Source: Azolla caroliniana (Eukaryota; Plantae; Polypodiophyta). From it: a stretch of 64,000 bases of DNA. Positions 58,946 through 64,000 of this stretch are shown here, piece after piece (positions within the stretch are counted from its first letter, which is position 1; each line of letters begins with the position of its first letter). The position numbers were made by a program, and so were the translations under genes. Location of the stretch: the NCBI GenBank assembly GCA_043228905.1, contig JBHGNT010000011.1:7316001-7380000 (forward strand), read 5' to 3'. The notes beneath the pieces are model-generated. The model saw nothing but the letters and a program-made list of their open reading frames with translations. It ran no database searches and was not told the origin of the DNA.

Positions 58946-61900
58946 ATGGAGAGGATGAGGCAATATCCAAGGGCCAGTCAGCCAGAGATTATGCGGGCAG
59001 CTGAGAAGGATGAACATTATGCCTCCCATCTCTGTGATGCATGCCATGATGCATTCCGCCATGCCTTTGGTTCGTTCTCTTACATACCCTTTTCTTTACA
59101 TTTTATCTGTTCTTTCTCACACATTCAATCATACCACATGCTTAACTAAAGTGATATAATAGAAGAGAGAAGAACAAGGGTTGTTTGTGGAAGAATGGCA
59201 GTATCCAACCTAAATTCTAGTTGTTTTTTATTAAGGTTACATAACAGTGTATTTGATATATCTTAAATGTAGGGATCACACTGCATTGCAGAAGTCAGAC
59301 ACATTGCAATAATGTGCACCTGAGATTGTGTTGTGAAATACCCTTTCTTTTGTTTTGTTTAAATTTTTGCATCACAGCTTTTTGAATGTCCATTGCCTGT
59401 TTTTTTCTCAAACAGCATTGCTTGCTTCCCTTTTTTATTATCATTGAGATAGAATTTGAAACTCATTTTAGGAAGCTCTCACAGGGTTGTTTATACGATT
59501 TGTTCCTTGAATGTTGAAATACCTGTATATTATTGTAGCTTTTTCCAAGGCGCTTCCCTAAGAAGTTTATTTTCTCAGTAGTGAGTTCAGTGAGTTTCTT
59601 TTTGCATCAGCCTTATCTGAATGGAAAATACGGAAAGATGCCTAATGGTTCACAATGAAGGCAATATGGAAGTATGATTTTTGTTATCATTGCAAATGGA
59701 ACACAATACTATTGAAAATTGGCAATTTTGGCAGTTTGATAAAAATTTAAGTTTCAACAAGGAACTAAAGCACAGCTAATTGATTTCCCAACCTTTACCA
59801 AAATTTGCAAATGAACGGATATTAGCACTTTAGGGGCAGGCCTATACTGCCTGACTGGGGAAACTTCTTCAGTTTTTAATCCAAAACAAAGTCTCTCTTT
59901 CTGCCTGTTATGAAGCAATACTGCAGAAATGTGTCATGATTTGGAATTTGATAGTGCTTAAAATTTAAAAAAAATGTATATTTGTTAAACACAGTTAAAG
60001 AAGCCTTATATACCTGTCCTAAGAATTGGCAAGAGTGAGGAGAAAGAAATCAAGGATATACATCGTTCAATGGGATAGGGGAGAGGTGGAGGAACAAATC
60101 ATAAATTACAGAAATCAGTGGTATATCATAGAGGAGAAAGGTGGAAATCATATGCTGGAATATTAATTGATGGAAATCATATCATATCCCAAATGCAATG
60201 TTGTAAATAAATTGGGTGTGCAATGATGCATCCATTAGTTGAAAAATATCTTCCCAATATATGATAATTTGTAGGTAGAGCTGTAACTTTTGATGGAGTG
60301 ATGCTTGCACTATCCATTCATACGGTATTGTTTTGTTTTTAGAAGCTTGATTTGGGCATGCTCACTCTATAATCTGCCTTTTGGACAGCCTTTTTCTCTC
60401 ATCTTTTTATCATATTGGGGCTACACCCCCAGTGGCCTCTTTCGACCCTCTCTTTCTCTTATGTACGTAACATTTGGACAATATTTGCTTTCTGAAAGCA
60501 TCATATATTAATATAGTCCCTATATATTCATCAAACTCTATATTTATATAGCCCTTTTAGACCATTTGCAGTAATGGAGGAGAAGGCTGTATAAAGAACA
60601 GTTAAATTGAGTACAAGTAGGTTTTCTTTGACAAGGACTCACAGAATTGCGTTTGAAGAGTCTATAACTCTTCAATTACATCATATGACTTCAAATTCTT
60701 TAAGCTTGTCTTTTTTTCTGTGATCCAATCACCTTGTTTTTGCACCCACTTCATAACATTTTTAATTATTTGTAATAGGAGTAAAAATGCTGTTTTTTCT
60801 AGATTCTTATTAGTTTGAACCCTCTTTATTTATTTCCAAACCTTTTGTCCTCTTATGTGTTGGCTAATGCAGGGACAAGGTTGGCAGTACAGTATGAGAA
60901 TGAGGTATGTGCTCAAAAGGATACTCTACACTCTATACACGTTTGTTTGTTTAATCCAAAGTGCAGTTTTGTGTTGCAAGTTTTACAAAAGTGACCCCAA
61001 AAGATATAGCTTGCTCACTTACAATTTTTGTTTTGATCCCAGACTAGATTGGCTGGTTGTGTTTTATATTATCTCTTGACAACTGGCTCAGGTCTACAAA
61101 CACTCGGGGAAGAATATTGTGATATATCTCAGGTTTCCCAAACTTTTGAATTTTTGCTATTGCTTTTTTTTGTATATAATATATAAATGCATTTAAAAGG
61201 GGTTTTTAAGTAGATTGCTACTGAGTTATTCATGTGGAACTGTTAAAAATGTTAATGTACTAGAATTAATTCCTGTGGTTTACTGGTAATATAGGTAGCA
61301 GGACCATCCAGACTTCCTTTGGCACCGGCTAGACGAACATTGCTAGTGTTCTTCCAATCTGTCCTTCCTTACATTGCTGAGCGGCTGAGGTATTTTTCCC
61401 TGCAATGTATAGTTATGGGTTTTTCAAGAGTATTATACTTCATGATTCTCTTGAACATGTTTTAGTGCAAAAGTGGCTGCCAGAAGTGTATATATTTCAA
61501 ATGAGATGTCGACAGATTTTGTCAGTGATGAGAGGGCTAATGAGTTAGGAAGGCCACTATTGAGACCGTATCCTAGTGAAGACAGAGACCCCCCTGGTTC
61601 TTGCTCACGACGGTTGCAAAGTTTATGGATGGCTGCATTGCTTCGTTGGCCGAGAGTATGTATGCCCTTTGTTTTATGGAAACACTCTGAAATGCCTCCT
61701 GAATTTTCATTATTTCCTAAATGCCCTTGTTCAACCCCTGAAATGGTAAGCAATTATATTTGCTATTTGATCAATTTTATGATCAATTAATCCTCTTTTC
61801 CTCAACTGTATATGGTATTTGATCAATTATATGGCCACGTTATCCTCTTTTCTTCTCTTTTGTAGGTGGATCGAGGGTGTTTATGAAATAACTATAAATC

Positions 61901-63317
61901 AGGGGCACTTAAAGAAAAAATTAAAGTTGTATTTAAGAGTGTTTCCCTAGTTTTATTACATGGAGATATGAAAGGATAATTCAAGGTTTTTATTTGAAAA
62001 ATGAAATCATCAATAACAGGTCCTCCCAGCTCTGCGAGATGCATTTCTTCTGGCAGTACGGGGGAATCTGATGTTCTTTTATTTTGAGGGTAAATTGCCA
62101 CATTTTTCCTTTTTGATATGGCGAAAGCTGTGTATGGTTATTGTAGCATCATGAAGATTGATGGAAAACCCTTTACCTTTTGTCTGCATAGTGTATTCAA
62201 GGTAATTTGTTCACAAATTTCTCATGATTCAGGAATATACTATCAGCTATCAAAAAGGGCTGCGGGTGTGCGATACATTCACATGGGCAAAGTGTTCTAT
62301 AAAAAGCCTAGGTAACAAACTTATGGGGTTTTCAGTACAAATAAATAGCCTTTTTCCTATCATGTCTCATAGTTGGCTAATATATGTATATAGCTATTAT
62401 GTATCATTGAAAGCTTATGTGAGTGTTCTCATGATCAGTAGATAGAGGTAGTGTCTATATCAGGTCTTTTGACAAAATCAGCCTTTCCTAGGAAAAAGAT
62501 ATGACTATAAGCGCTTTGTGTTGGAAATTTGTGAATGATGTTTGGTCCCTTGGAACTTCATACTAAACAGAAATATATCTCACTGTGTGAACAGGTACCA
62601 TATGTTGGGCATGTTCTTATTGATTCAACTCAGCATTGTGGTGGGCGATTGGCTGAGACGAAGTGCCCTGCCAACTTTAACAAACTCCATGCGAATACAA
62701 CTCATGGATCGATCTTTCTCACCCAGTATGAATGAATACATAAGATTTACTAATGTGTCAAGTTTGCTTTAAAGAAATTTTGAGAATATGCTTTATTTCG
62801 AGGGAAATTAATCTGATATGCCATGTATATTATGATATGATGTAGGAAGAAAATCTATCTTAATCTTGGATGAAGAAGGGAATCAGATACGAGATTCACC
62901 GACTAATGGATCAATCCTAGAGTGCACTAATTCTGTGGTATGTAGAATCAAAGCTAAATGAGATTTCCATCGCAATGACAGATGCAAACTGGAAATTTCA
63001 TAATCCAATAATGGATGTAATGGGTCTAAACAGGTTGCGATGGGATCTAGTAAGTGTTCACTTTGTTTAAGTCCGAGGAAAAATCCAACTGCAACTTCAT
63101 GCGGGCATGTCTTTTGCTGGTAAAAGCTCTCACGCCTACTATGCATCAACATTCTTCAATTCAGATAAAAATATGACTCCTTTTTTTAAACTGTTTAACG
63201 TTGATTTTTCTCAGGAATTGTATAATCGAGTGGTGTAATGAAAAGAAAGAGTGCCCTCTATGCCGTTCACCCATGTCACACTCTGATCTTTCCTGTATTT
63301 ATAATGCTGATATCTAA
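58946..63317 (+). CDS. PEX10: Peroxisome biogenesis factor 10 (RING peroxin); exons 58946-59069, 60873-60904, 61043-61132, 61295-61389, 61466-61655, 62020-62089, 62233-62311, 62595-62725, 62846-62937, 63034-63119, 63215-63317 (363 aa)
   Basis: [32 protein letters not shown] and a C3HC4 RING ([39 protein letters not shown]). All ten introns are GT-AG with consistent phase. Confidence 0.95.
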
Positions 63318-63892
63318 GAAGCCAGCCTTTTTTGTAAAAATACATAAATCCATCTTATGTCTTATAATTCGAAACTGTAGATATTTTGAAACCTTACATG
63401 AGGAGATTTGTTGCATATCATATCTTCAGCTATTTTGAGTATATAAATCCGTTTCATTTCATGTACTGAGATGATGGTATATAAATGGTTTCATAGATCC
63501 TGGCAAGTTTTGGAAATAATCATCAAATAGTCCAAAAGGGGTAGTAGTATTTGTACTAGGTTTTTTGATATATGCGAATCATCCAACTTAAGCTTTTTAT
63601 GTATTGAAAGAAGCTTGAGGTTTGATATATTATTGAAGGTCAATTCAAACACATCTTATTATGCATCTCTGCTCAGTTTCTGTGTACTTAAAAGGTATGC
63701 CGAAAGTCCCTTGGGGTCTTGAATGAATCATGTTTCAAGAAGCAACTCATAGGGTATTATGCTTGTGTACGAATTATTACCATTGTATTTTAGAGTCTGG
63801 AGTTAGGGCACCCAAATGTCTCCATTAATAACAATATTTTATATAATCTAACATATGGTAAGCATCTGTGGGGGCCTCCAATTCTACACAAC

Positions 63893-64000
63893 TAAGGGTT
63901 GGCAACGGCTTGGCTCAAGCCTAAATCGTTTAGCTAAACCAGTTTAAAATGGCTTAGCGGCTCAGCTCAGCTTAGGCTTGAGCCTACTTAAAAGGTTTGA
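63893..64000. mobile_element. Possible left end of a hAT-like element or MITE
   Basis: TAAGGGTTGGCAACGG resembles hAT termini and is followed by short ggctcaagcc/ggcttgagcc repeats in both orientations. The other end is outside the window. Confidence 0.3.

Overview
Plant nuclear DNA. The PPR repeat style and retroelement content suggest a non-seed plant, probably a fern (inference). About three quarters of the window is nested, mostly degenerate retrotransposons: several Ty1/copia elements, a tRNA-Trp-primed Ty3/gypsy family with a non-autonomous partner, a chromovirus fragment, three copies of a two-ORF RTE-group (RTEX-like) LINE and a small hAT-like MITE. Host genes are an intronless PLS-E class PPR gene (11912-15055) and an 11-exon PEX10 gene (58946-63317). 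The top finding is at the left edge: the 3' part of an intact, spliced gene for a prokaryote-type beta-class N6-adenine/N4-cytosine DNA methyltransferase (exons <1-248, 344-633, 725-1077). It lies about 700 bp from an abrupt CAC-type junction that cuts an LTR, so it may be cargo of a DNA transposon. Other notable signals: LINE ORF1 and ORF2 in one frame separated only by TGA-CGG (a known readthrough context); 4-bp target sites centred on CpG for the Trp-primed family; a roughly 995-codon Gag-fusion frame filling a pol-less LTR element; and a copia family with an in-frame pol extension beyond a relic polypurine tract. Coordinates were read by eye and no database searches were run.
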